A stretch of 64,000 nt of DNA from an uncultured Methanoregulaceae archaeon (GTDB lineage Archaea > Halobacteriota > Methanomicrobia > Methanomicrobiales > Methanospirillaceae). Positions 8,657 through 20,833 of this stretch are shown piece by piece. The DNA lies in the NCBI GenBank assembly GCA_963705255.1, contig OY970061.1:2272001-2336000 (forward strand), given 5' to 3'. A program made the position numbers and the translations under genes. The notes under the pieces are model-generated. The model was not told the origin of the DNA, did no database searches, and was given only the letters and a program-made list of their open reading frames with translations. The stretch's first letter is position 1. Each line of letters opens with the position of its first letter.

Positions 8657-10900
8657 ATGATATCAGTTCTCTATGTTGACGATGAGACTTCGCTTCTGGA
8701 GGTGACGAAGATCTACATCGAACGCAGCGGCGAGTTCAGCGTCGATACCACTCCGTCGGCCCTGACCGCGCTCATGATCATGGCTACGCGGATGTACGAT
8801 GCGATCATATCCGATTACCAGATGCCGGATATGGACGGTATCGAATTTTTAAAGAAAGTCAGGTCTTCCGGGAACTCCATACCGTTCATCATCTTCACCG
8901 GGAAAGGGCGCGAAGAGGTGGTCATCGAGGCGCTCAACGCCGGCGCGGACTTTTATCTCCAGAAAGGCGGGGACCCCCGTTCGCAGTTCACCGAACTGGC
9001 CCACAAGGTCCGCCAGGCCGTCCAGCAGCGGAGTGCGGATATGAGGATCCGTGACCTTGAGCAGCGCGAGACGGACATCCTCAATTTCCTGCCGGATGCC
9101 ACGTTTGCCATTGAAAGGACCGGGCACGTCATCGCGTGGAACAAGGCTGTCGAAGAGATGACCGGCATTCCTGCTGCCGGGATGCTCGGCAGGGGGGACT
9201 ATGCCTATGGTGAGGTGTTCTACGGCAGCCGCCGCCCGATCCTGATCGACCTGGTCTTCGAACCCGACGCGAAGATCGCGGAGCATTATTCCAGCATCCG
9301 CCGTGAAGGGGCCGCCATCTCTGCAGAGAGCGAGATCTCTCTTCTCAAAGGCGGTGCACCGCTCGTCGTCCTTGCCAAGGCCAGCCCTCTCTATGACAAG
9401 AGCGGCAGGGTGACCGGGGCGATCGAGTCCATCCGGGATATCACGGATCGGAAGCGGGCCGAGGACGCCCTGCGGGAGAGCGGGGAGCGGTACCGGCGGA
9501 TCGTCGAAACGTCCCTGGAAGGGATATGGATAGTCGATGCCGGGTTCCGGATCACGTTTACCAATACAAGGATGGCGCAGATGCTCGGGTACCTGCCGGA
9601 AGAGATGGCCGGCCAACCGGTCTCCGCGTTCCTGCCGCCCGGAGAAATTCCCCACCACCGGCACGTTCAGGAAGGCCTGATCCAGGGAACTTCCCAGCAG
9701 TTCGAGCGCCGGTACCTCCACAAAACCGGTGCGGGCCTCACCTTCCTGGCTTCGTTGACCCCGGTAATGTCGGATGACGGGACATTCCAGGGCGCATTTG
9801 CGATGTTCTCGGACATCACCGACCGGAAGCATGCCGAGACAGCGCTCCGTGAATCGGAGCAGCGGCTCGGGCAGATCATCGATTTCCTGCCGGACCCGAC
9901 ATTCGCGGTTGACCGTGACGGCAGGGTCATCGCGTGGAACTACGCGATGGAGATGATGACCGGCACGAAGGCAGCGGAGATGACCGGGAAAGGAGATTAC
10001 GAGTACGCGCTCTCCCTGTACGGCACACGGCGCCCTGTCCTGATCGATCTCGTCCATTCCCCTCCTGATGAGATCCGGGCACATTACGACTCCGTGAGCA
10101 TCGGACAGGACCGCCTCACCGCGGAGACGAAAGACGCATCCCCCGGCGGGAAGCATCTCGTGCTCCAGGAGAGTGCATCCGCGCTCTATGGTGCGGACGG
10201 GGCTGTCACCGGGGCAATCGAGACCATCCACGATATTACGGCACGGCGGATGCTCCAGGACGCGCTGACCACCGCGAACCGGAAACTGAACCTGCTCTCC
10301 CAGATCACCCGGCATGACATCGTCAACAGGATCTCAGTCTGCCTTGGGTTTATCGAGTCTGCAAGAGAGGAATCAGCCGATCCCCGGGTGAACGGCCATA
10401 TCGCGAATATCGAGAAGACCATTGGCGACATCCGCCGCCAGATCGGGTTTACCCGGCTCTACCAGGACCTGGGTGTCAATGCTCCCGTATGGCAGGACGT
10501 GGAGGAGATCCTGAGCCAGTGCCATTCCCGGCACGGCATAGCTGCAATGGAGCTTGGCGGTGCGGAGGTCTATGCCGATTCCATGCTCCCCAAGGTATTT
10601 TCCAACCTGATGGACAACACGCTCCGGTACGGCGGGGAGCAGGTGAAGGTGACGGTACGCGCCACTGAACGTGAAGGGGTCCTGGTCATCTCCTGGGAAG
10701 ATACCGGTGCGGGCGTCCCCGCGGACGAGAAAGAGAAGATCTTTGAGCGGGGGTACGGGAAAAATACCGGTCTCGGCCTCTTTCTGGCCCGGGAGATCCT
10801 GGGCATCACCGGCATTACGATCCGCGAGGCCGGGGAGCCGGGGAAGGGAGCGCGGTTCGAGATCACCATTCCGCCAGGTGCGTACCGGTACAGGGAATAA
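8657..10900 (+). CDS. Hybrid sensor histidine kinase: REC-PAS-PAS-PAS-HisKA-like-HATPase
   Basis: ISVLYVDDE receiver; three PAS/PAC repeats; ITRHDIVN (H-box), FSNLMDN, EDTGAGV, GLGLFL. Alternative start at 8588. Confidence 0.93.
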   Translation: MISVLYVDDETSLLEVTKIYIERSGEFSVDTTPSALTALMIMATRMYDAIISDYQMPDMDGIEFLKKVRSSGNSIPFIIFTGKGREEVVIEALNAGADFYLQKGGDPRSQFTELAHKVRQAVQQRSADMRIRDLEQRETDILNFLPDATFAIERTGHVIAWNKAVEEMTGIPAAGMLGRGDYAYGEVFYGSRRPILIDLVFEPDAKIAEHYSSIRREGAAISAESEISLLKGGAPLVVLAKASPLYDKSGRVTGAIESIRDITDRKRAEDALRESGERYRRIVETSLEGIWIVDAGFRITFTNTRMAQMLGYLPEEMAGQPVSAFLPPGEIPHHRHVQEGLIQGTSQQFERRYLHKTGAGLTFLASLTPVMSDDGTFQGAFAMFSDITDRKHAETALRESEQRLGQIIDFLPDPTFAVDRDGRVIAWNYAMEMMTGTKAAEMTGKGDYEYALSLYGTRRPVLIDLVHSPPDEIRAHYDSVSIGQDRLTAETKDASPGGKHLVLQESASALYGADGAVTGAIETIHDITARRMLQDALTTANRKLNLLSQITRHDIVNRISVCLGFIESAREESADPRVNGHIANIEKTIGDIRRQIGFTRLYQDLGVNAPVWQDVEEILSQCHSRHGIAAMELGGAEVYADSMLPKVFSNLMDNTLRYGGEQVKVTVRATEREGVLVISWEDTGAGVPADEKEKIFERGYGKNTGLGLFLAREILGITGITIREAGEPGKGARFEITIPPGAYRYRE

Positions 10901-11164
10901 CCCGGGTGCCAGGCGGTACCGGTTCACCTGCCGGGTATCTTCCCGGGTGGCAGCAGTTTTTCCCTGTGTTCGTTTTGTGCCGCCGGATCACGAAGTGCCG
11001 TGTCATGGGCCTGCTACGATCTCTCTCCTTTTTGTATATACCCGCCGGAGGTTTAAAAGAAAAACAACCTGTTTCCGCCCGTTTTCCCTGCACCTCCCGG
11101 CACCGCTGGACAAAGCCGATCAGGACATATGGGAGGAGAACAGACAGATCCATGATCACCAGTC

Positions 11165-12655
11165 ATGAGACGAACCGGCGAAGAACGAAGCAGGGCCCCG
11201 GTTGACCTCGAGGCCATTGCCTGGGATGTCATGAAGAAGTACGGGTTCCGCCCGAACTACCCGGGGGCCGTCCTCCGGGAGGTCGGGGCCATCGACCCGT
11301 ATGCCCGCGGGACAGCGCCGGGCACTGTGCAGGACCTGCGTGCCCTCCTCTGGTCTTCTATCGACAATTATGACTCCATGGATCTCGACCAGCTGGAGTA
11401 CTGCGAAAAGGGCGGGGACGGCGGGATCCACGTGCAGGTCGCCATCGCCGATGTCGACCTCCGGGTCCCGAAAGGGTCGCAGACCGACCGGCACGCGGCC
11501 CATAACGGGGCCTCGATCTACTTCGATGTCGTCACGTTCCCCATGCTCCCGCTCAGGCTCTCGGGCGGGATCACCTCGCTCCTGCCCGGGCGGGACTGCA
11601 TGGCCATGGTCGTGGAATACACGGTCCTTCCGGACGGGAGCATCCGGTACGGCAGCGTCTTCCGGGCAATGGTTGCAAACCATGCCAAACTGGTGTACGA
11701 GGATGTCGGCACCTGGCTGGAGGGGACCGGCCCGGAACCCTCCGCCGTGCAGGCGGTTGCCGGCCTTGCGGGCCAGATCCGGCTGCAGAACGAGGCGGCC
11801 CTCCGCCTGAAAGAGCAGCGTACCCGGCAGGGGGCGCTTGCCCTCGAGACGATCGAGGCGCAGGCAGTCTACGAGAAAGGAGCGGTCAAGGACCTCGTCC
11901 TTGTCGAGGAAAACGCGGCCCGCTCCCTCATCGAGGAGTTCATGGTGGCAGCGAACCGGACCATGATGGCCTTCCTCTCGGCAGCAGGCATCCCCCGGAT
12001 CGAGCGGGTCGTGCGCACGCCACGGGACTGGGATGGGATCGTGGCCACAGCAGCGGAACTCGGGGTGAGCCTTCCGGCGGAGCCGGACGTGCAGGCACTC
12101 TCCCGCTTCCTCCTTGCACGGAAGGAGGCAGACCCCGAGCGGTTCCCCGACCTCTCGCTCACGGTCGTCGAGCTGATGGGCCCGGGAGAGTACGCCCTGC
12201 TCGAGCCCGGCAACCCCCCGGTCGGGCACTTTGCCCTCGCGGTCACGGACTATACCCACGGCACCGCCCCGAACCGGCGCTACATCGACCTTGTCATCCA
12301 GCGGCTGCTGAAGTCCGTCATCGACAGAAAGCCAAGCCCCTATACCGTGCAGGAACTCGGAGACCTCTGCGCCTGGCTCACCGACCGGGAGAAGGAGTCC
12401 AAGAAGGCGGAACGGTTCATGAGGAAAGCGGCGGCAGCAGTCCTCCTCCGCGACCAGATCGGGAGGACGTTCACCGGTCTCGTCACCGGCGCCTCCGATA
12501 AGGGCACGTACGTCCGGCTCACCACGCCCCCGGCAGAAGGCCGGGTTGTGGAGGGGGAACGGGGCCTCCGCGTCGGGCAGAAGGTCCGCGTCCGGCTGCT
12601 CGGTGCGGACCCCTACCGCGGGTACATCGATTTTGCGTTTTCAGGGAATGGGTGA
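11165..12655 (+). CDS. RNB-domain exoribonuclease (RNase II/R family)
   Basis: SIDNYDSMDLDQ, VAIADV, LIEEFMVAAN, HFALA...YTHGTAPNRRYIDL, C-terminal S1-like domain. Confidence 0.9.
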   Translation: MRRTGEERSRAPVDLEAIAWDVMKKYGFRPNYPGAVLREVGAIDPYARGTAPGTVQDLRALLWSSIDNYDSMDLDQLEYCEKGGDGGIHVQVAIADVDLRVPKGSQTDRHAAHNGASIYFDVVTFPMLPLRLSGGITSLLPGRDCMAMVVEYTVLPDGSIRYGSVFRAMVANHAKLVYEDVGTWLEGTGPEPSAVQAVAGLAGQIRLQNEAALRLKEQRTRQGALALETIEAQAVYEKGAVKDLVLVEENAARSLIEEFMVAANRTMMAFLSAAGIPRIERVVRTPRDWDGIVATAAELGVSLPAEPDVQALSRFLLARKEADPERFPDLSLTVVELMGPGEYALLEPGNPPVGHFALAVTDYTHGTAPNRRYIDLVIQRLLKSVIDRKPSPYTVQELGDLCAWLTDREKESKKAERFMRKAAAAVLLRDQIGRTFTGLVTGASDKGTYVRLTTPPAEGRVVEGERGLRVGQKVRVRLLGADPYRGYIDFAFSGNG

Positions 12656-12778
12656 AGGAATTTTTTCCGGCACCTGTGCCATCTGTGGTGCCGGTCTTTT
12701 CCGGGTTCAGTTGAACCGGATTTTTCAGAAAAACCATGTTTCCATCTCATGGCAATAGGGAAAAATGCACATCAGCAT

Positions 12779-12833
12779 CACCAACTCGAAGAAATCTGAT
12801 GATTTCTTCTCGTGGTTCGGGTCTTTTGACCCT
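12779..12833. repeat. Double-hairpin (REP-like) element, single unit
   Basis: CACCAACTC-GAAGAAATC[TGAT]GATTTCTTC-TCGTGGTTC-GGGTC[TTTT]GACCC. Confidence 0.8.
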
Positions 12834-12874
12834 TACCAACATTAAAAAGGGTAAAGTACCGATCCCGCCCCTGG

Positions 12875-14362
12875 CTATTTTCCAGCGGGGACCGGATGAA
12901 ACTGATAGTCGAGGAGAGGAGGGAGCGGGGGCAGAGTATAGACATAGATCCCCGTGATATTTCCTGATCCATAGGTATAGCTTCCGGTAATGATCGAATC
13001 ACTCCAGTTCCATACACGCTCCTCATTCATTGTCTTGTAAGGATAATAAAGATAATAAAAAACTCCAATAAACTGGATGATTATTGAAACGATGAGAAGA
13101 ATTCCTACTACTATCAGGACAATATTCTTTTCCCGTACGGGATGATTCGTTCGTGGGGTTCCAAAATAACTGTTCAGAAAAAATCCGGTGTAGAGGCCCA
13201 GCACAGGGACAAACCCTGTCAAAAACCTTGGCCCGTAACAATATTCTGCCGAGGAACCCCATAAGCTGAAAAAACTATACACGAGAATCTGGAGGACTAT
13301 TACCGGTCCAAAACCAAGCAGTACCTGCTGGATTTTACTGGTATGTATCTGCCATAATGTAAGAAATCCGGCAACTGACAGGATAAGGACAGGACAAAAA
13401 ATAAAGAGTCCCACATTGGGTGCAACGAGCAGGCCGATATAATTTTTTATAAACCCGGAACCCAGGATAAAAAACCTGATGTTTTCATTGTAACCCCCGA
13501 AAACATTTCCAAAAACCGAATAATTATAGTACAAAAAGGGGAGACCCCCGATAATTCCACCGGATATATAATGAATCAGCTTCGCTTTCTGATACCAGAA
13601 GATATAGAATACCACGGGAATCAGCAGAACTGAATCGGGAGGGCGGTTGAAAATGAAAAGTCCGGAGACAATTCCTAGGAGGAGAATATGTAGTGTCCCC
13701 TCCTTTTTCTCATTCCTTACGGTGAGGTAGATGAGTGAAATCAGGAGTAGTTCCACCGTTCCGTGCTGCCACAATGCCTGGCTGCCGATAGACCAGGTAC
13801 TGGTGGCAAATGCAAAAATGCACGTCGCTGCAAGCGCAACCTTCTGTGAAAATAACTCTTTTGAGACCAGATAGAAAAAAACCCCTGCCAGCGCGGCTAT
13901 GACGGAAGCAGCGGTCTTTGCCAGGATCAAAAATCCAGCGGGGCTGAGGGGGATACTGAAGACATTGCATATCACGTACGATATCCCGTAGACCGGCGTG
14001 ACGAGGATGGGAGTCACTATCGGAAACAGCGAGACGTAATGGCCGTTTATAAGGGGAAAAGCATAACTTAAATCAGGATCGGAAACGAGTAACGGATTGT
14101 AATCAAAATTGAGATTATGGTTCATCAGGATCGAAGCCGGAAGGAATGACGCGGGCGCAGCGTCCCCGCTGATTATTCCTATTCCCGTGACGGTATTATA
14201 CGCGATAAAAAGCAGGAAAAAAAGGACAATAAAATCATAGCGGGTTAACAATCCGGCAAGCTTTTGTAGAACTCCGGAGAGATCCGGAGCGCCCTCATTC
14301 GTATATCCGGCTCTCTTGTTCCTGGACGAAACGGTTCGATCTCGTTTATTTTTTGATTTCAT
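12875..14362 (-). CDS. Polytopic membrane glycosyltransferase (GT-C / ArnT-PMT-like)
   Basis: Many TM helices; luminal SGDAAP, SQALWQH, RPPDS and YGPRFL motifs; visibly AT-richer than flanks. Confidence 0.7.
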   Translation of the reverse strand: MKSKNKRDRTVSSRNKRAGYTNEGAPDLSGVLQKLAGLLTRYDFIVLFFLLFIAYNTVTGIGIISGDAAPASFLPASILMNHNLNFDYNPLLVSDPDLSYAFPLINGHYVSLFPIVTPILVTPVYGISYVICNVFSIPLSPAGFLILAKTAASVIAALAGVFFYLVSKELFSQKVALAATCIFAFATSTWSIGSQALWQHGTVELLLISLIYLTVRNEKKEGTLHILLLGIVSGLFIFNRPPDSVLLIPVVFYIFWYQKAKLIHYISGGIIGGLPFLYYNYSVFGNVFGGYNENIRFFILGSGFIKNYIGLLVAPNVGLFIFCPVLILSVAGFLTLWQIHTSKIQQVLLGFGPVIVLQILVYSFFSLWGSSAEYCYGPRFLTGFVPVLGLYTGFFLNSYFGTPRTNHPVREKNIVLIVVGILLIVSIIIQFIGVFYYLYYPYKTMNEERVWNWSDSIITGSYTYGSGNITGIYVYTLPPLPPLLDYQFHPVPAGK

Positions 14363-14568
14363 GGGACCGGGTTCGATGGTGATGGTTACTCAGTTCATAT
14401 CAATTACTACCAGATGAATTAAACGATAAGCAGTTATCAGGCCGGTGTTGCTGCGACGATACAGGACGGTCAGTGAAAAAGAGGCGGCAATACGACGGGT
14501 CTGGTATGACGTTCGGGGAATTTATCCGAAAGCGCTTACGGCCCACCCGTGCCCCGCTCAGTCCGCTT

Positions 14569-14726
14569 TCACCACAGCGACTCTGATGAGTCTTCTCGTG
14601 GTACGGGTCTGCCCCTCAACAACTCGAAGAATCCTTGCGGATTCTTCTCATGATTCGAGTCTGATGACCTCTCACCAACTCGAAGACTCTGATGAGTCTT
14701 CTCCTTTCTCGGGTCTGAAGACCCTC
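14569..14726. repeat. Double-hairpin (REP-like) element, three tandem ~56-bp units
   Basis: Hairpins GACTC[TGAT]GAGTC, GAAGAATCC[TTGC]GGATTCTTC, GAAGACTC[TGAT]GAGTCTTC, GGGTC[TGAA]GACCC; linkers CAACTC and TCGTGGTAC/TCATGATTC. Confidence 0.85.
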
Positions 14727-14742
14727 AAAATAAAAAAAAAGA
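14727..14742 (-). terminator. Oligo-T archaeal terminator of the frh operon
   Basis: T-tract (TTTTTTTTTATTTT on minus strand) directly after the frhB stop. Confidence 0.6.
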
Positions 14743-15669
14743 TTAGATGTATGGGCTTCTGAGCGCCTTGCCGACACCGAAGGTCTTGCGGGCCTCGACG
14801 GTTGCCTTGTTCTTCGTGATCTTCTCGTTTGCGAGCTTGGTCACGAGTTCAAGGCCGGGCTTGACCTTCTCGATGGGCTGGGTCTCGAAGACGCCTGCTG
14901 CCATTGCCTTTGCCCAGACCGAGTCTCCGATCTTGGACCTGACAAAGACGGTGCTCCATCCATCGGGGCTGCCGACGGATCCGGTGGAGATGTCACCGAG
15001 GTTGGCAACGTAGTCAAGGCAGACGTGGCAGCCGGGCTGCTCGTACTTGTGGGTCACCTTGAGCGGCAGCTGGACGACCTGTCCGCGCTTGCCGTAGACC
15101 CAGAACTTGCCCTTGCCGATCTCCATCTTCTTGACGGCTTCCATCTTCATCGCCGCGTGGTCTTCCACGAGCTGGAGGATGCTCTGGTACGGGAAGTTCT
15201 CCATGCAGAAGATACCGACTGCGAGTGCAATGCTGGCGCCGACATCACGGGCACCGATCGGGTAGAGCTGGAGTTTCCGGACTGCCTGCATCTGGCAGGG
15301 GGTACCGACGATACCGACCTTGTCCAGGCCGAAGCTGCGGGTTGCCTCCTTGATCATGGAGACGTTCGGGCTGATGTTGTACTTGGTGCCTGCTGCTGCA
15401 AGCAGGTCAGCCTTGGTGTTGACGATCACCGGGATGGGTCTCCATGGCTCATGGAACTCCATATTAGAGTTGTCCATCATGGCTTTTTCCGGGTGCTTGT
15501 GCGCGAATTCCTTGGTCGCTGCGACAATTGCTCCGTCAATAATGCCCTCGTCAAGTGCGAATCCAAACAGCGAGGTGACGATACCGCCATCCTGGGCATG
15601 CTTGAGAATCTCCTTGTTGGTGCTCCGGGCTGAGACGCATGATTTGTATTTACCGAGTTCTGCTCCCAT
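14743..15669 (-). CDS. frhB: F420-reducing hydrogenase beta subunit
   Basis: AQDGGIVT, AAGTKY, VGTPCQ, GIFCMENF, GCHVCLD, STGSVGSPDGWSTV. Confidence 0.97.
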   Translation of the reverse strand: MGAELGKYKSCVSARSTNKEILKHAQDGGIVTSLFGFALDEGIIDGAIVAATKEFAHKHPEKAMMDNSNMEFHEPWRPIPVIVNTKADLLAAAGTKYNISPNVSMIKEATRSFGLDKVGIVGTPCQMQAVRKLQLYPIGARDVGASIALAVGIFCMENFPYQSILQLVEDHAAMKMEAVKKMEIGKGKFWVYGKRGQVVQLPLKVTHKYEQPGCHVCLDYVANLGDISTGSVGSPDGWSTVFVRSKIGDSVWAKAMAAGVFETQPIEKVKPGLELVTKLANEKITKNKATVEARKTFGVGKALRSPYI

Positions 15670-15680
15670 TTCAATCACCT

Positions 15681-16565
15681 TCACTGGAGTGCCGCCATTA
15701 TGGCCTCGTTGATCGCCTCGTAGTTCTCGACCACATCAAAGCTGAACCAGCTCCGCGGGCACTGGTTGTAGCAGGCTCCGCACTTGATGCACAGGTCGCG
15801 CTCGCCCTGGGGCTTGCCGTACTCGTGGGTAATTGCATTGACCGGGCAGGCTGATGCACAGCTGCCGCATCCCATGCAGAGACCCTGGTTGATGACATTG
15901 GTCATCAGGTCGCAGAAGCAGGCGGTGGTTCCCCTTTCTGCTGCCATCATGAGGGGCTTGAGGAATGCAGTCGCGAGGTCCTTCTGTTCCTTGGTTCCCT
16001 TGAGGAGCAGGTATGCCATGACCGCAACGTTCCTGATCATCTGCGGGGTCGGTGCACATCCGGGGATGTACACGTCGACCTTGATCAGGTCGCCGATCGG
16101 CAGGTAGGCCTCGTGTGCCGGTTGGTTCTGCTGGCCACCGCGGCTGAACCGGGTGATGTTGCCATAGCAGGCGCAGCCGCCGAGTGCGACGACCACTGCC
16201 GACTTTTCACGGGTTTCCTTAAGCTCTTCCACTGCGAGTTTGTCGTTGATGCAACATGAACCCTCGACGAATGAAACATCGACTTTCTGGACGTGCCTTG
16301 CGTCTGCAAGTGTTGGCATGTACTTAAGGTCGACATACTTGTCGAGGAGCGTTAACAATCCGCCATAGTTGTCTGCTAATGCAACAGTACAACCGGTACA
16401 CCCACTCAGGTGCGTGTAGCCCACTGTAATCTTGTCTGCCACAGGCTTAACCTCCTTTTTAGTTGATTCTGATTTTCCAGATACGTCAGCGGACTTCTGG
16501 GGAGCTGCAGGTTTCTGCGGTCCCGCGCTGGCGTCTTTCTTCCTGAAGATTGATAGTAGTCCCAT
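15681..16565 (-). CDS. frhG: F420-reducing hydrogenase gamma subunit
   Basis: HLSGCTGC, GGCACYG, IPGCAP and 2x[4Fe-4S] ferredoxin motifs; second possible start GTG at 16442. Confidence 0.96.
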   Translation of the reverse strand: MGLLSIFRKKDASAGPQKPAAPQKSADVSGKSESTKKEVKPVADKITVGYTHLSGCTGCTVALADNYGGLLTLLDKYVDLKYMPTLADARHVQKVDVSFVEGSCCINDKLAVEELKETREKSAVVVALGGCACYGNITRFSRGGQQNQPAHEAYLPIGDLIKVDVYIPGCAPTPQMIRNVAVMAYLLLKGTKEQKDLATAFLKPLMMAAERGTTACFCDLMTNVINQGLCMGCGSCASACPVNAITHEYGKPQGERDLCIKCGACYNQCPRSWFSFDVVENYEAINEAIMAALQ

Positions 16566-17034
16566 AATCCACTCCTATTGTTTCGAGTATTACCTGAATT
16601 GCTTTCGGAATCGCGTTTTTCACATCTTCTGAAAGCCCCATCTCAACATCCGCATCTCCTTTCTTCAGGACCTTTGACGGCTGGCACAGGACAACTGTCG
16701 TATCGATCTGATCTCTGATACGACAGAGCTGATCGACCCCATCCCATGAATGCGGGTCAATGTATGCCCCTGGTTTTAGATCCTTGCCGGAGATTCTGGA
16801 TATTGATCCCGGCTTTGCAGTAAAATCTGCAATATCGACGACGATTAGTTTCTTCGTCACTTCGGGATTAAGGAAATTAAAAATAAAGTGCGGGGCGCCT
16901 GCGCCACCGTCCTGTATTGTTACATTGTCGGGAAGTGTGAGCTTCTCCATCTCCTCAATCACCGCCGGGCCAAACCCGTCATCGCCAAACAGGGGGTTTC
17001 CGCACCCCACTATTACGATTTCCGAATGCAGCAT
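16486..17034 (-). CDS. frhD: Hydrogenase maturation protease
   Basis: VGCGNPLFGDDGFGP, DGGAG, DPHSW; lies between frhA and frhG. Confidence 0.95.
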   Translation of the reverse strand: MLHSEIVIVGCGNPLFGDDGFGPAVIEEMEKLTLPDNVTIQDGGAGAPHFIFNFLNPEVTKKLIVVDIADFTAKPGSISRISGKDLKPGAYIDPHSWDGVDQLCRIRDQIDTTVVLCQPSKVLKKGDADVEMGLSEDVKNAIPKAIQVILETIGVDYGTTINLQEERRQRGTAETCSSPEVR

Positions 17035-17044
17035 CAGGTTACAC

Positions 17045-18412
17045 TCACTGGATGAGCTTCTGAGCTACTACCTTGTTGTCCTCATCCAGTACGATCATGT
17101 GGGTTGCACATGATACACACGGGTCGTATCCGCGCATGATAACCTCGGCAAGCTGCCAGGGTGCCCCGGTGAGTGCCTTGCTGCAGGTTGCGAAGTTCCA
17201 GGTGGTCGGGACGAGCATGCTGTAGTACTGGACCTTCCAGTCCTTGACGCGTGCAATGTGGACATCAGTACCGCGGGGAGCCTCGTTGGATGCCCAGCCG
17301 AGGGATCCGTCACCGTCGGGGACGTAGTCTGCCATGACCTTGCCGCTTGTGTTCAGCTCGTCAAGGCAGTCGATCATCTCGTAGAAGCAGTCCTGGTACT
17401 CCATCTCACGGGCAACGTTCTGTCCCTGAGTGCCCTTCTCGTCAAAGTACTTGTAGGTAACGAGACGGGCGCGGGGGCCGACTTCTACGGGCTGGCCGTC
17501 GTACATCGGGACGCCGGTGCAGGCTTCCATCTGGGGGTTGGTCTTGGTGCCGAGCTTGGTGGTCCCGCCGATCGGGTACCGGGGCTCTTCAAGGGTGACG
17601 TCCATCTCGCCCATGTACCAGTCCCAGGGCCGTGCTTCCTTGAACCTGCGAATGTCCCAGGACGGGTTCTCGTCAAGGCTTGAGCTGCCATAGAACGCGT
17701 GGGTTGCAAGGTAGCCCTGGTCGTGGAATCCGAGGTCCTTGGGGAGGGCAATCTTCATGCCGCCGACGTCCACGGAGTCTCTCTTGTGGTAGGCGCGGAT
17801 GACCGCGATCATGAACTCTGCCTGTGCATGGGCAAGGGTGAGTCCTTCCTTGGCAAGATCGTACATCTTGACCTTGGCCTGCTCGGAGACGTTGCGGTAC
17901 ATACCACCGACTTTGGTGTTTCTCGGGTGGATGCAGTCGCCGCCGGAGATCTGGCCGATGGTCTGCGCGATCTCACGGAGCCTCTGGATCCGCTTTGCAA
18001 CCGTGCGCACCGGCTCTTCAGCCGTGAACGGGTTGATCTTGGTCTCGGTGCCCGGGATATAGAAGTCGGGCAGGATCAGGATATCGTGCAGTGCAATGCT
18101 GTGGCACCGGTTCGCGAGCTGAAGGATGTGACGGAGCATCAGTGCGTCCTTGGGGATCTCGCACTTGATGGATGCTTCCATTGCTTCAGTACCCGCTATG
18201 GTGTGGGCTATCGGACAGATACCACAGACACGGGATGCGATCTTGGGCACCTGCTCGGGGGTCTTACCCACGGCAAGTTTCTCAACGCCCCTCACCGGGG
18301 TAATGGAACACCAGTTACCCGTCTCGATGATGCCCTGGTCGTTAACCTTCAAGACAAGCTTTGAGTGTCCTTCATGTCTTGTGGTTGGGGAAATCTCTAC
18401 AACTTTCGACAA
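17045..18412 (-). CDS. frhA: F420-reducing [NiFe] hydrogenase alpha subunit (Cys type)
   Basis: TTRHEGH, RVCGICPIAH, DPCVSCATH plus cleavable C-terminal tail; TTG start. Confidence 0.97.
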   Translation of the reverse strand: MSKVVEISPTTRHEGHSKLVLKVNDQGIIETGNWCSITPVRGVEKLAVGKTPEQVPKIASRVCGICPIAHTIAGTEAMEASIKCEIPKDALMLRHILQLANRCHSIALHDILILPDFYIPGTETKINPFTAEEPVRTVAKRIQRLREIAQTIGQISGGDCIHPRNTKVGGMYRNVSEQAKVKMYDLAKEGLTLAHAQAEFMIAVIRAYHKRDSVDVGGMKIALPKDLGFHDQGYLATHAFYGSSSLDENPSWDIRRFKEARPWDWYMGEMDVTLEEPRYPIGGTTKLGTKTNPQMEACTGVPMYDGQPVEVGPRARLVTYKYFDEKGTQGQNVAREMEYQDCFYEMIDCLDELNTSGKVMADYVPDGDGSLGWASNEAPRGTDVHIARVKDWKVQYYSMLVPTTWNFATCSKALTGAPWQLAEVIMRGYDPCVSCATHMIVLDEDNKVVAQKLIQ

Positions 18413-18718
18413 TATTATCGCCTCATGTTATGTTGAGTTGTTCGTATTGCGGTACAAATTTACGAAAGATCTCTCATCTCTAGAGATAATTGACCGTACA
18501 GAGTACGTTCAACTCTATCTTGTACTACCGATTTTATAACCTTTATGACTTAATCGCGGACAGGTAAAAATGTCAGAATGGAGTTATTTTCAGCATCCTG
18601 CCCCGGAATCGGGCGGATAAAAATATTTGGCGCAAAACTGCCCCCGGGCAATAAAATAATACGCTCAATATTTATTGCTCCATTTCCGGCAAAAAACAGG
18701 AAAAGCTGGTACTGCTTT

Positions 18719-20804
<2,086 letters not shown>

Positions 20805-20833
20805 TTTCTTTACAGAAACTCCTTACGTCTCCT

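Noticed and set aside
1-9050. Very similar receiver domains at 1-532 and 8657-9050
   Set aside because: REC-PAS kinases are a large paralogous family in Methanomicrobiales, so this is ordinary.
8849-10315. Long antisense and alternative-frame ORFs (also 11156-12259, 18578-19798, 26267-27424, 28016-29206, 42827-43957)
   Set aside because: Shadow ORFs of GC-rich genuine genes, with no recognisable motifs.
14569-14726. CRISPR array, hammerhead ribozyme (CTGATGA), C/D box sRNA or integron attC reading of the hairpin repeats
   Set aside because: There are no unique spacers between identical repeats and no cas genes. CTGATGA is not followed by stem II plus GAAA, and sits within hairpin stem-loops rather than at C/D termini. 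No RYYYAAC...GTTRRRY pair encloses the unit.
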